Below, one piece after another: positions 28,401-41,176 of a DNA stretch of 64,000 bases (position 1 is its first letter; every line of letters begins with the position of its first letter). Source of the stretch: Antedon mediterranea (lineage: Eukaryota > Animalia > Echinodermata). Where the stretch lies: assembly GCF_964355755.1 (NCBI RefSeq), contig NC_092677.1, positions 13,166,101-13,230,100 on the forward strand. Reading direction: 5' to 3'. Below the pieces are notes generated by a model that saw only the letters and a program-made list of their open reading frames with translations, did no database searches and had not been told where the DNA came from. The position numbers were made by a program, and so were the translations under genes.

Positions 28401-31400
28401 TTTGCGTTTCGGGAAGCGTAATAATTGCTACTTATGATCACGTGACAGTGTACAATCACGTGCTCAGGTGATTTTAAAGCGGCTCAGGTGATTTTAAAGC
28501 GGCCATATTAATGCTTCTAGATTTACAAGACAATAATTTGTCGACACGTACAGTACTCTGGTTTGGACGATTTCCTTAACTTTTCATTAACTACAGTACA
28601 GTATTAATCGTTGTTAATGTGTTTGCTAATGTTGTCAAATTTATATAGCATTTTACCAATCAGCAGAATGTCCCTAAGCGCTAAAATTGAAAAAAATGAG
28701 ATTGAATTGGAAAACAACATGAATTACAAAAAGGTGTGTTTTTATCGATTGAAGGTGATTCTTGAATAAAATTAGAAAGATTTTTTACAGATTGAAGATT
28801 TAGTTGAATAGCTTCGTGATGGTGATCTTTAAGTACTAGTTGAGAAGAAAGAGAAAGAATTCTTTCAAGAATAAAACCTAAAGGAAATTCCACTTCCGAA
28901 ATCGTTCTGTAACATTTTGAAGAAAAAGAGAAATGGGATCTAGAGTAGCAATCAAATGCTCTTGCAAATTCCAAGAGGAATTGTTCGACCTAGGCTCTGG
29001 AATAATCTGCCTTTGCACATTAGCAACTCGTTATCATTGGACAGTTTGAAGTCACTACTAAAAACCAACTTTTTCAAAATGGAACGATTGATTAATGTAC
29101 AACACTAACACAATTTTAATTTGAAATGGAAATTATTGTGGATGTTAATTTCCATGAAACATGAAGATAATAAGAAACGATCGATAACTAATTTCACATG
29201 TCTACAACCTGTACAACATGAATAACATTCAGCATGCAATGTATTAATCCACACACACATGTGATGCCTTAAAACAGAATACAGAACATCTGTTTGTGTA
29301 ATTCAGAATTTTGTATAAACATCACAAAAGCATCAAGTAATGACACTCATACTAAAGTAATAATACTCATACAAAATTAATAATACATGTAACGAAACCA
29401 GGAAAGCAATGCAAAGTTTGTAGACAGTCACTGGTTATAAAACAAGTCCAAATGTTGAGCCTTGAGTAGAAATTGACATGTGTTGAACCTTCGCACTAGG
29501 TCAGGATGGAACTCTAAACCTTGGGATTGTCAGGCAAACACATTAACCAGAAGCTAAACTGCTTCACTTCTGCGTAATATTAAAATTATATAAGATAAGC
29601 GTGGTTTTTATAATTGATATTACATTGATAAATAAGTGAACATTATTCAGTTAATAAAACAAATGTAGGCATGTGGTTATGTCAATTATTCATGTTCTCA
29701 TAAATGCTTGATCGATGACGCGTTCCCTGTAAATCTAGTACTGTAGGCCTACTGTTTCATTCTTAATCTATGGGTCGATTGTTTTTTATTGTCAGCTATT
29801 AGCATTTTAACATGATATAGGCATGTGTTAACGAGTAATAAATTGCACATCATTTGTGGAAAAAAGATAATGGAAATTATTTGATTTATTGCGAAATATA
29901 ACAGATGATAATTATAGGCCCACAGTACATACTTTAGAGCTGCACTGGTCGCAATTGTAGGGGGTGGCGATGGTGGTGGAGATGATAGTCGTGGTGGTGA
30001 TGATAGTCGTGGTGAGGATAATCCTTGGTAATGATGAGTATCAATGCTGTTGGAGACGATGGTGACACGGACTATACCGTAGTGTACAATCGTCACCTGC
30101 AATAATTGATTTCACCTGCAGAGAGCGAAAACCGTCAACTTTGCCTAGGTCGTCTTAGGCCAATGTTTTGTAGACAAACAATGAACTTTCGGATCTGGCA
30201 AGCAATGCAGCGTCGACATCCTAAGTGTTATAATAATTATAAAAATGTTATTATTTTAATAAATGGTATTCTAATTTGTGTCTTTCAGCTAGCTAATATT
30301 CTTAGAACTGATGAAAATTTCTTGCTTCTATTCCACCGGGAAGAGCAGCTTGTTTCAAGTGTAGACCTAATGAGGGTGAGTAATAATTAATATTTATTCA
30401 GTAGCCGATTCTTCATGCTGTATCTTCCGTAAGTCCGTAATACAAAGAATACAGTAGTATATCACAGGAAAAATACTTGATGTGAAACTGTATTTACATA
30501 AAACCAAAACATTTTATGATATACTCTATATATACAGTATGACAAACATGTATTACTGTATCATGAAATTTGATACTGAACATTTATCATAGTGATGTAC
30601 ATGTATTGAGAATTAAGTGGGTTCAGATGATATAGGTTTCTATAAAAGCAATTATGGTACTTGGAACCGGAGTGTCTGATGAAACTAGGAATATATTGTA
30701 TATGCAAATTCAGAAGGAACAAATTGTGTCAATTTTCACACATTCAATTTATTCTGTGTGCTAAATGGCCAATCTGATTATGTTTACGAATCAGACAGTG
30801 TGCTAAATTGAGTTTTCATATAAGCGTGATCACTATAACAGCGAGTTATTCGAAATTGTTTATGCGCATGCGTAATCATTTTATGATGCGACAAAATGCG
30901 CAACCAAATCAGAGATTTTCCTTAAGCCGATTTTCCACTAGGCTAATTTGTTTGCGCGAATCCAACGTTTCGAAGAGAAAAAATCGCCTACTCTCTTTCC
31001 ACTAAATGAGAGAATAGCTGCAACGTTCATGTTCCTCGCGTGGTTGCTGAGCATTTCGATTCGCATGAGTGCGAAAATCGGCTTTATAATAGGAGAATTT
31101 ATTGGCGCAAATTGCAGGCGTCAGTGCGCATGCGTAATTACAGCCATCTTTCCAAATCCTGCGAAGACATTGTCTACAGATATATACTATATACATAGAT
31201 ATACTTCTGATGATTCTGAATCCACACAAGATAATTGTGATAACAAATAAAATATAATAAAATTTGTTTATTTTATAGGTTTGGCAGAAATACGATACAG
31301 ATGGTACGAAATACATAAGCAAATCCCAATTAGAGGTAAATATGGCTGCCACAGATCTAGAAACTTAGAAAAGGGGTGGGGGTTGTGTGTAGGCAACAAC

Positions 31401-34400
31401 GAAATAAGTTACGAACGGACAAATGTGAACATCCACAATCGTGTGACCGTGTTTTACTTCAAAATGTGTTCAAGTAACACTTAACTAGGGAAATATCCAT
31501 ATAATATTAACTTGAATGAATTTTAATTAATTTAGTAATGACCCATCCATGATGTAGACCTACAAAGCCTCACTCAGATTAAAGCGCACACGGCGTTCCA
31601 TACAAATGACGATATTAAACTGGCGGCCACTTCGACCATACTCCACTCAGGCCTACGGTACTAGCCCAATAAATGTTGACAACTTAAAACGTTTGTTGTT
31701 CTACAGAGATCCGTGACTATAATACCACATTGAGATATAACTATAGGTTTAAACTATTTAGGTGTTGTTATAATTGTAATAAAAGTTCACTTACGAAAGT
31801 AAGTCTATAAAATACAGTACATACCATTGATTATGGGCGCCATTTTCAACTGTACAAAATCCAATGTCGTCCCGAAAAATACGTTTTTCTTACTTGTTGC
31901 CTTTAAAATTTCACACATTATGTTAGGTAAAACAACACAGAATTATTAATCCTATAAAGATTTCTTCGTAATTAACCAAGAGTTGGCTTTAGTGCCGAGT
32001 TTCATCAAAATCTAGGCATCTATAATTCCATCCAAAATGACTTCGATAAATGGTATCAAAAGACGCTCCCGAATATTTGACGTATTTCCGGGTTGGTTGC
32101 TGGTGGTATAGTCCAGCCGTTTATACATAATCTCTTCTTCTTTTTAAAATCTTTTTAATCCAAAGCGTATTGATATATTTTAATTGTGTTTGTCCTGTAC
32201 AAGAATCAGAGAAAGGAATTCATAATGTATATGATGTATTATACATTTCATAGATATTATTATTTATAACTATAGAGATATTATAGTGAACTTATATCTA
32301 TGTTATAACAAATGGCTTCATAAATGCTAAAGTAGGGCTCCTAATAAGTGTTACACCACATTTACATTAAAAGTATTACGTTCTACTAAACGAGTCTCTA
32401 GTTAATATGTGGTTCACCAGTAGGCCTAAGGACCGACAATGGGCAACAAAATTTAACAACAACAAAATCAAAAAGCTTTAAAAATCGTTAAAAACAAACC
32501 CATAACAATTGTCAACAACCGACACTTGCAGACAAAAATATCGATTAAGCTAGCAAAATTGTAAAATGGAAATGAACTCAAATTACTAATGACATAATAT
32601 TATGTTATGTATTTTATTTCAGAATTTCATTGCAGACCTACTTCAGTTACACGGTAAAACAGACATTCCAAAAGCTAAACTAAGGGAGTACACACAGGGA
32701 ATGGTAAGTCGAGGACGCATTTTGTCAACAAACCTATTAAGACAATCATTGGCTATATTTAAATATATGCCTATTCGTATATTTCCATTCGTCTAGTGTG
32801 ATGACATACCTACCAAATACATGTATCGTATGTTACACATAAATAATTCTATTTTGTACTACTACACTATTACAATAAGTTAGTTCAATAGTAGACCCAC
32901 TACTGTCTGTGCACAGTATTTTCATACATACGAAATGTAGAAAAATCATTTGGTAGTTAGAGGCATTCAAAATGCAACTCCCACTTCATAATATTAGAAG
33001 TTACGAATGACGAATGTATTATTCTCAGTATTGACTTCGTAAATATCGAATATCTTACCGTATGAATACTTGTTAACCCTTTATTGATCTGTACAACATT
33101 ATACCATATTTGGAATTGGATCAAGAATCGTCTGGTCTAGTTGTATATCATAGCACGTCACCTTAGCCAAATTAATACAGACACGAAGAACTAAACTATT
33201 TTTTTCTGAAAACATTATCTCTATTTTTAGAACGTTAAATTCGACTCTGCTTTCTAATTTAGAACATTAAATCAATCTATTTTTAGAATAAATTAATTAT
33301 CTGTCTCTTTGAGAATAATCAATCATCGTTTGTGTTTATTTAAAATAATTTGTTCTTTATCTATATTGAAATGGCTTTGTTTTCCTTGAAATAACAACTC
33401 ATTTCTTTTTAGTGACATGTATGATTATTAGGGAGGAGGTTTTGAAGAGATCACCCCAGTGGCGTAATGACTATGAGCGTTAACTGGCTAAAACCAGTGG
33501 CCCCAAAGCTTAAGGGTTTCCAGAACATAATGGGCCCATATCAAGAGCAGCTTCAATGCAACTACCCAGCGCTGGGGGCCTGCGTTACGCCACTGATTAC
33601 CCACAATCTGGGACTAATCTGAATCCACGTTGTAACCCCCCTAACTCACCATAAATATACAGGAAACATTATGTCTGTTGTTAATCATACGAACAAACAA
33701 CAAATGAATTTGCCGAATAAAAGGGTCTCAGTATTCAATTATACCAAAGCAATATATTGTCTTTATTTATGCATACATATTTAATAAATATTCATCAGTG
33801 TTTCCATATTGTGAAATATTAATTATTATGTATTAAATATTTATTTTTTCAGTTAACAATATTTGACAAGAATGATGACGGTCAACTCTCACTTACAGAG
33901 ATGGCAAGGTAGGTTTAATGTTTAACTAGAGTAGCGACGACAAGCCTTCTCTCTAGTATGACATTTTGGGGCCATTTCATAGATGGATGGAACACAATGG
34001 GGTCCTGTTACTAATCAATTATAATGAATTAATAAAACATTAAACAATCTTGATAGGCCTACATGTAGCTAATATTGTCATAATCTCAGCTATAATTGAT
34101 TTACACAAAATGTAATAATGCTATGTAAAGCTACTAAATTATCTGGTATTCTAATTTAATTATGTTCATTTGAAGAATTCAATTTCATACATAATTTATT
34201 TAAACACAAAATAATAATATTTAATATTTAAAACATAGAACATTCAAGATCAATCGCAGATAATGGGACAAAATAGTTTGATTTATGACATAATAATGCT
34301 TGTAAGCAGCCTCGATTTGCTGTTGAATAAAGCGTACAGCGAACGGTTTAGAGCTAATTTGATCGTCGCAATGCGATGCACGTCTAATGATAATAGATGT

Positions 34401-37400
34401 GCATCGCATTGCGATCAAATTGTACCAATAATTGCGATATTAAATCGTAATTCACCACTGCGTGTGAAAGCAACGTCATGTAATTGGAATCGCAATTGAT
34501 GTTGTTGCGACTCTCTTACACTTAAAAAATAAGTGTAACTTCATCAATAACATCAGCATCGTCATTTACTTCATCTGACTATAACATCAACATCTATGTC
34601 GGTCAACTCTTCGAACTACTGTAAAAGTACAACACAACGACAATCAGCTAATCAGCTAACTCATTCTACTTCTTTATACGTCTATGGCTTGTTACTTAGC
34701 ATAAAGATGTACGCGAGTTACTCACGCATAACGGAGTGTAACTAACACCATCATATTTAAACTACATTACGTCACTATGTAATTACTCACGCATAACGGA
34801 GTGTAACTAGCACCATCATATTTAAACTACATTACGTCACTATGTAATTACTCAGGCATAACGAAGTGTAACTGCATCATCATATTTAAACTACATTACG
34901 TCACTATGTAATTGCTCACGCATAACGGAGTGTAACTAGTACCATCATATTTAAACTACATTACGTCACTATGTAATTACTCAGGCATAACGAAGTGTAA
35001 CTGCATCATCATATTTAAACTACATTACGTCACTATGTAATTGCTCACGCATAACGCTAGCGCCATCACATTTAAACTACCATAACAACCAACCTCGATA
35101 TCTCCAATGCCTAATTGTAAATAACCATGTTAGGATACATTATAATATCATATCTCATTTTAACCTTACAAACAACCTAACGCAACCTTTGTTATTATAA
35201 TATTACATCATCCATGCCACATAACGACTATCGCAGCTAGATGTAAGGCAAAACAACAATCCGAATTAAAATGTGATACATAATTAAAACCAAGTTATAC
35301 TCGTACAAATCAACGCACCACTAGAAGCGAACATATCAATATCATGTTCTTTATAATTTATTGATTTTGTACATCAAATGTGTGGGAAATTTTTGATTGA
35401 GAAATGTAATTCAATGATCGTATCTGTTGCACTAGATCGATTTTTAAAGTTTGCGTTTCCAAGTACGCCTCTATTATACTCCATGCCGATTGAAGATGCA
35501 AAATTAAAAATACAATTCAATTTAAATGGAGTTCACGGCATATTGAACTTTCTACAACATTTAGAGTGATCTCACACCTTAGACCTACAAAGTATCATCT
35601 TTATATAGGGATGTCCTCTCGATTGGGTTAACTATGTTGAAGCATATTATTTTTCTTCGTTCGTTTAACTGCCATTGCCCCTAATACTTTGAAAATCGGT
35701 GTCCGAAAAAGGTGCTTTTACAGGAACAGATTAAAATGTATTTGACACGATTCTCTTAAATTTAAACGACTTTTTGATTTCCATTTTGTGTATCCTTTAC
35801 TATACCTTATCTGATGTTGTCTATTTTTGCTAGTATATTTAAAAAAAAAGAATAAAATAAACTATTAAGCGTCTTTGTCAAAATTTTCCTTATTTATCTA
35901 GGAGACATTTTGATTTATACAAATTGAAAAAAAGAATGGCTTAGGCAGTATCAATTATAGAATCGACTTTCGGTGTATATTTTAATTGGCTTTCTAAGAT
36001 TATTTAGACAAGTTTATTAATCATTGAAAATGAAATCGCATACGGAACTTAAAGCCCATATACAGACTAGAACACGTGATGTTGGTACCATACTCGACAT
36101 ATCGTTCAGAATGTACATACGGTACGATCACGATTCACCCTGAAGGAATGATTGCATTTCTTCTTCATGGTCTGCCTGAGTTTGTCTCTGCCATGAAAAA
36201 TGATATGACAAGCCTTTATTGTTTTTCTTTTTACAGACTTCTTTCAATCAAACCACAAGATAATATCATTTTGCAAGCCGAGCAGTCGTTTAAGGTAACC
36301 GATCAACTATTATCCAAATTCATTTTCTGAGACATAATTTAAGTAGACAATTATGTTCGGAGAGAAGAAAGCAACAGATTGTATAAGTTACGTACACTAG
36401 AACGCTTTGCAGTACAATATGTAAATTATCGACTATTCTCCTATAAAAGGGTACGGTACTTTAAATACATCAACTGATACCGTTGATTTGCGTCATGAAT
36501 ATCATGGATATAATATTTGCTTAAGTATAGACAATCTAGTTTAAGTGAACATACGAGGCATAGCTAATCAAATGTTATCTTATATAATGGGCTGCTGGAT
36601 GTTAATTTTATTAGAGTGTCGGTTAAATATATTTGTGAAACAGATAATAGAAATATTGAGAGGAAGACAATGAAATACAAAATTCCTATCAGCATTAGTT
36701 AGCAAAATTACCGGAAAACTACCAAAGCCTCTAATAAGTGCCAATTACAGAACTATGATTAGTCTGGGTTCCAGACGGAGTTTTGATTTAATATTAGTTA
36801 AAAGATAGATATTTTGGCACAAATGGCGTTTCATAATGTGTACTACTTGAGCTTTTAAACTTGTATTTCAGACAAACATAAAAAAGCCTCGAGATACTAC
36901 AGACTTATCGACTTTGCAATAACATTGTCTTGACAAGTTGTCACAAAATGTTTGTGTTGGGAAGAAACATGCTTGTATTCAATTATATATAGAAGCTTTT
37001 AACCAAATAAGCCCGTTTCCCGTAGAATGTATGATGAAAAAATGCAAATTTGGTTTCTCTTTCTTTAAGTATGAAACAAAAAATTGATTATTTAAAACGA
37101 TCAATCAACAAAAATAAGCACAACCATTTTTTAAAATATTTAATGATTTGAAGAAAATTAATTATTACAACAACCGAGAGAAGAAAATTAATGAAATGAG
37201 TTTGAGGAATGTACTGTGATCGGTCTTCAACCATGAATGAACAAGCAAAAAATTATCCCAATACGACCAATTTAATTACAATACGATTAAAATAATGTCA
37301 TAAAGCTCCCATTACTTTTTAAAAAATAATTAAATAATAACACAAAGTCGATTTAATAGCGTTTTATTTTTAATTTGAATAAATCCAAATGTGATTATTT

Positions 37401-40400
37401 TATTACCATATAACTAATTTAATTGATTCATTAAAAATTGGTTCCAGGAAAACTGAAAATAGAAAAAAAAAGCAGTACCCTTTGACCTTTTGAAGAAAAA
37501 AAAAATCAATAATAAAGTATAACATTTCAGCACGGCCACAAACTCATTTGAAATTTCAAAAAATAACATTTTCATTTGAATATAAATTGTATGCAAGTTT
37601 ACTTTGAAGGAACGGATACTATAAAAAATGATTGTCAAAGATAATATCGATTAAAGAAAATTAATCATCAGAATTTACGTGACAAGAAATAATAATGAAT
37701 ATAGATCCTAGATGTTTACCCAACTCTTGGAGTTGATTGTAACGAATTAATAAGTATGTTTGAAAATAGATTAAAAAATCAGTAGGAAGAAATTACTGGG
37801 GCAAAAATGTGTCCATTGAATAGGCTTCAGCTAAATCAACATTTCCCCTCGTTCATCGTTGAAAGATATATTTCCACTTGAATCTTAGAAAGGTTTGGTC
37901 CAAGGGCTTCTTCTAGTGTATCGCATTGTTATCAGGCGAAACTAAACTCTATAACCGCCAGATCTTATCAGATATATTAATGCAAGCCCGTAGCCAGGAT
38001 TTTACAAGGGGAAGGGGGTGTCTTTTTCCGCAATAAAGAATGCAAGCGTGAACTACTGAAGAAAAAATGGCCTAGCCAATTAGATGAAAGTAATTTGCTT
38101 GCTAGCTATGTATGATTGGCCAAAAAAAGTTCATGAGTTAGGTCTCTTTTCTAGAACTTCTGCTGCTGGTTTTGTTTGAAAAGAGCATTTCTGGAAAAAA
38201 AAAAGTGGGGCGTAATTCAGACTTTTGCCTTTTTCTGCTTCTGAGAAGCAGTAGTACACATTCTTCCCAAATTTGATCACTGGTTATTGGCTCTAACCAA
38301 TGTTCTATACGACCACCAAAATGTTGTTGCCAAATACGTAAAGACAAACATAAGAATCATCCATAATAATATTATAATGAAACTTGTCAGTAATATTGGC
38401 GATATCATGATTTCTTAATCTGCCAGAAATGTTTTGAAGACATTGAAACGTTTTATAGCTTCTTCCTCTCCTGACTTATACTTAATACGACATGTTTTCT
38501 TACAAGAGAAAGGAAATTAATCCGAGATAACAATTACATGGTATGTTCGGCAAAAAAACATCTTTATGCTTAAATCGACAATCCCTTGAAATCCGAATTA
38601 ACTGTTATTCTGAAGTGTGTGCGTGTACATAATAATGTCCGATTCAATAATGAATATATTATTATTCATCATATGAATGATGCCTGACGTTATCGCGTCG
38701 AGCTGATATTCAAGATAGTTTGAGGGTAGGGGACATTCAACTAAACTGGCTAAAAGAATGATGACCCATCACACCAATATCCTAAATTATACATATATTA
38801 TAGGTTGAATGGCCAAATGGTAGGCTTATAAATTTGGGCAATTTGATGATGGCGTCAGCTCTGGTTTAGTTAATGATGATGATGATTACATTATTGTTAT
38901 TAATGATCAATATGCTTTTGTTGCAGAACCTCAGCATGAGAGAGAAGAGAGCCGAGTTCAATCGTATTTTCGACTATTATGACAAGGTAGGTTTATTTCA
39001 ACGCAATATTATATTGTTTGTATGACATTACATTGCGATTGTAATCAATGATAAAACAAATGTGCCCATTCAAAATTTAAAAAGATTTGTTTTGTTGTAC
39101 TACACTGTACTGTGATGCATTATATCTCCACAACATTTGTCCAGACAATCATTGAAGATTAGGTCAATGGTTAAGGTAATCTGATAAAGGCGTAAAGCTC
39201 TGTGCACACTATCAAACTTTATGTGCCAAGAAAAAAAGAAAGAAGAAGTGATGTGCCTATATATGGACACGATGGTGTCATTTCACTACCATATTTGAGC
39301 ATATCACTACCATATTTGGGCACATCGCACTTTTTTTAGTCAAACTAATTGTTAGTGTAGAAAGAGCTTTATAGTGACAAATTGATAGATATAGTAAGAT
39401 TTGTTCCTGAACGGCTGTGTGCTATTTTACTATATCGTTAGGCCTGGTACTGTAATATCATCAAATTATATAAAAAAAACAGAGAAGACTTAATATTTCA
39501 CTCTTCCCTGTAAAAACTAAACCTTTCAGACCCTAGTCGTTTTCATCAATAGTGATAAAAAATGCATTGATTGATTAAAGATTACAGTTGCACAGTCCTA
39601 TATTCAACCATTATTCATTATTAGAGGACACATTAGTAATGTAATCATCTGGAAATTATATAATTATATTCAATCAAGGATCCAATTATATTAACACGAT
39701 ATATTTTCTATTCAGATTGAATTGAAAATGAGTAGATGATTGGAAATTCCTTGATAAAAGAAAGATAGTTTTCATATCAAAACGTTTTGCATATGTTTTT
39801 GTCTTTTGTAGAGCCAAACAAACGCAATCGAAGGAGAAGAGCTAGATGCATTTGTTAAGGATCTCTTAGAGAAAGATAATGTAAGTAGATAATGATGTAA
39901 GACATCACACGAGCAGTAACATATCTTTAGAGACGGTATACATCATGTAGTATTGAGTCTTCTGACATCAACCTTTATCCCATATGGATACTGCATAACC
40001 TCCCCTGAGACTACACAGTAGCCTCTTCTTCGATCCGACAGTGTTAAGTCAACGTTTATTTCTCATCCTGCTGGTTTGGTTTGGTTTTAGCTAACCAGCC
40101 TGTTCGTTTAGGCCTATGTTTCATAATAAAATTATTTAGATGGTTAGATTAACTTAAAATTGTAAGGAGTTGTGGGGCTAAAGTATGGGCATGGTGCGTA
40201 TATTGTCACAATATGTCACTATATTGACATCATACCGTACGAGAATCGGAAATGAGGAAACTCAGGCTTAGGTGAAAGAACAATGACAGGTTTGGTAGGA
40301 AAAGTAGTTTCTTGAAACAACACAAGAGGCGAATCTAAGTTTCAGCAACGTCACCAGTGGTCGACCTGCAGCCAGTGGTCATTCTACAGGCAATGGTCGA

Positions 40401-41176
40401 TCTGCGGTGGATTTTTTTTTCAGAAACTCCTAATGATGGTGAGAAAGAACACCTTGTTGGATTTGGGTTCGGGGACCAGTGGAAAATCTGGGTCGGGACT
40501 GATACAATGATGGATCTAAGGGTTGAGAACTATTCCAATAAGGAAGCAGGTTCAACAATTTTAGAAAACGGGAAAAGGATGCCTTACTTTACTGTATTAA
40601 ACTTCAGTCGAAAATTCATGTTATCATCTGACACAATCTATTTAATATTTCTATTTATTTCCTTAATAATTTTTACTGATTTAAAAGAGTACGACACGTA
40701 TAATACATCTTTCACATTTCATTGTATATTACGAAATATGAATAGTCTAGATTTACTGTATTTATAATTATGTACACCTATTATCCTTCCTATTAAATAA
40801 AGGTTAACAAATCAATGTTGACACTCAATTAAATTCAGTCACTATTGAATATTACTCCCGACATAACCGTATTACAACTTTTTGAAAGTACAGTATCAAG
40901 TTTGTATCCCGGTCGAGAAACAATCTACTACATTATTTAGTAGGCAGAAAGTGTGGAATTTCTCAAACACACATTAAAATGTGCCTACCATTACGCATAG
41001 GCCTACACAGTGACTGGACTAATGATCAAACTTACTTGTTTTTACAGGCTGACACTAGTCCACAACAAATCGATCTTTTCAGAAAGTGCATTTTGCAGAA
41101 TTGTGACAAAAACAGAGACGGTAAAATTCAGAAGACAGAATTGGAGTTGTGCCTTGGAATTTATACTGATATGTGA
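5583..41176 (+). CDS. SCGN: Secretagogin (hexa-EF-hand calcium sensor, calbindin/calretinin family), 11 coding exons, 287 aa
   Basis: Exons 5583-5685, 19972-20045, 20768-20857, 30289-30375, 31279-31335, 32623-32703, 33853-33908, 36237-36294, 38927-38986, 39812-39880, 41048-41176. All junctions are GT-AG and in phase (864 nt). Translation includes [67 protein letters not shown] and CDKNRDGKIQKTELELCLG, which match secretagogin rather than calbindin/calretinin as I recall those sequences. Confidence 0.9.
7351..7665. mobile_element. Second copy of the AGATG(T)ATTGTCCCC MITE
   Basis: Colinear with 3220-3566 (e.g. GTTATCCACTTT, TTGGTTGAATTT, CTACAAAATAAC, TTTCATGTTTT); degenerate TIRs. Confidence 0.75.
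9712..9823. repeat. 18-bp minisatellite, ~6 copies
   Basis: Tandem TGGATAAGCTA(T/A)ATTATT. Confidence 0.9.
11203..13918. repeat. 53-bp minisatellite array, ~51 near-identical copies, in SCGN intron 1
   Basis: Unit GGAACCAAACTCGATAAATGTTTACCAGTCATGACTATTTTGTCACTGGGTCT repeated head-to-tail with no spacers; I see three recurrent variant positions. Confidence 0.97.
19445..19477. repeat. (TA)n microsatellite
   Basis: Pure TA run. Confidence 0.9.
20052..20198. mobile_element. hAT-like MITE (CAAGCCCGTAG/CTACGGGCTTG termini) next to the SCGN exon 2 donor
   Basis: Begins ..GCCGGTAGCCAAGATTT and ends CTACGGGCTTG. Internal CATGAGTTAGGTCTCTTT is shared with a copy starting CAAGCCCGTAGCCAGGATTT at ~37983. 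Confidence 0.55.
20905..21650. repeat. Degenerate ~21-bp tandem repeat (GAATGTCTAGG core) interrupted by a LINE 3' end
   Basis: Recurrent TGATGCCT(A/G)AATGT(C/A)TAGG. The insert at ~21010-21320 ends in AATAAA-(TCAAA)n, typical of CR1/L2-group 3' tails. Confidence 0.6.
22632..23230. repeat. 82-bp minisatellite, ~7 copies with decayed edges
   Basis: AATGTTTACTGATGAAGAGACCACACCCACGATG... recurs at 22793, 22875 and 22957. Confidence 0.9.
23244..23421. mobile_element. Harbinger/Tourist-like MITE, AGC(T/G)TGGTTCCCACTAG family
   Basis: TIR AGCGTGGTTCTCACTAG...CTAGTGGGAACCACG. Near-identical copies in opposite orientation at 44049-44227 and ~62303-62481; degraded relatives at ~2800, ~17250, ~20440 and ~25340. 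Confidence 0.8.
23520..24080 (-). mobile_element. Possible decayed Penelope-like element, 3' (GIY-YIG end) fragment
   Basis: Minus-strand FLMKIKASKFISLFQTILN resembles the R/K-x-x-E-x-x-x-I-x-x-x-x-P-x-L-N end of Penelope GIY-YIG domains; the rest is heavily decayed. Confidence 0.3.
24971..25129. mobile_element. MITE with perfect 41-bp TIRs and TTA target duplication
   Basis: AGCCGATTTTCCACTAGGCGAATTTGTTCGCGCGAATCGAA and its exact reverse complement; TTA on both sides. An older copy lies at 30925-31083. Confidence 0.9.
26190..26290 (+). mobile_element. tRNA-derived SINE head
   Basis: A box TGGCCTGGTGG and B box GGTTCAAGTCC; a second copy at 47172-47260. Confidence 0.7.
26435..27140. repeat. 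~170-bp tandem repeat (2-3 units), first unit split by the 5S SINE
   Basis: ACATGTTACAGTACAA...TTGATCCTTC..AATATGACAT..TTGACGTTATATAATT..AGATGTTGTGTAGTTTCAGTGTTGACTA repeated. Confidence 0.75.
26474..26797 (-). mobile_element. 5S rRNA-derived SINE (SINE3-type) with poly(A) tail
   Basis: Minus strand 26793-26697 reads ACCACGTTGAAACACCGGTTCTCGTCAGATCACCGAAGGTAAGCAACG...GATGGGAGACCATCTGGGAATAGCGGGTGTTGTA (5S-like). It is followed by a ~215-nt body and an AATAAAAAAAAAA tail; CATT is duplicated on both sides. Confidence 0.85.
28221..28364. mobile_element. Tourist/Harbinger-like MITE, AGCTCTGTCTACACTATCAAA family
   Basis: TIRs with TTA duplication and internal AAATATGGTAGTGATATG repeats. Other copies at ~4440-4570, ~6462-6590, ~17755-17880, ~25888-26000, 39196-39368 and 46609-46746. 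Confidence 0.85.
28700..28985 (-). mobile_element. Possible Penelope-like ORF N-terminal remnant
   Basis: Minus ORF RSHFSFSSKCY...PLGFIL...SSQLVLKDHHHEAI resembles the H-x-x-F-L-x-x-C...P-x-G-F N-terminal motif of Penelope-like proteins, from memory. Confidence 0.3.
30925..31083. mobile_element. Degraded copy of the AGCCGATTTTCCACTAGG MITE
   Basis: Same termini as 24971-25129; TTA on both sides. Confidence 0.7.
33457..33595. mobile_element. hAT-like MITE
   Basis: CAGTGGCGTAA...TTACGCCACTG termini; near-duplicated flanks ATCACCC/ATTACCC. Confidence 0.7.
34716..35080. repeat. 64/65-bp minisatellite, ~5.5 copies
   Basis: ACTCACGCATAACGGAGTGTAACT...CATCATATTTAAACTACATTACGTCACTATGTAATT at 34720, 34785, 34850 and 34914. 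Confidence 0.9.
39196..39368. mobile_element. AGCTCTGT MITE family copy
   Basis: AGCTCTGTGCACACTATCAAACT...AGTGTAGAAAGAGCT. Confidence 0.8.

Noticed and set aside
29749-30102. 117-aa Pro/Ser-rich minus ORF
   Set aside because: Driven by a (GGT/GAT)n low-complexity tract in an SCGN intron; no splice or homology support.
34356-34421. Structured ncRNA hairpin
   Set aside because: An imperfect inverted repeat within a CG-rich decayed repeat; more simply a MITE remnant.
37090-38560. LINE or BEL/Pao coding remnants
   Set aside because: Only vague motif resemblance with many stops; I cannot support a call by eye.
40357-40767. 136-aa ORF in the last SCGN intron
   Set aside because: No recognisable domain and a GTG start; SCGN splices in phase without it.
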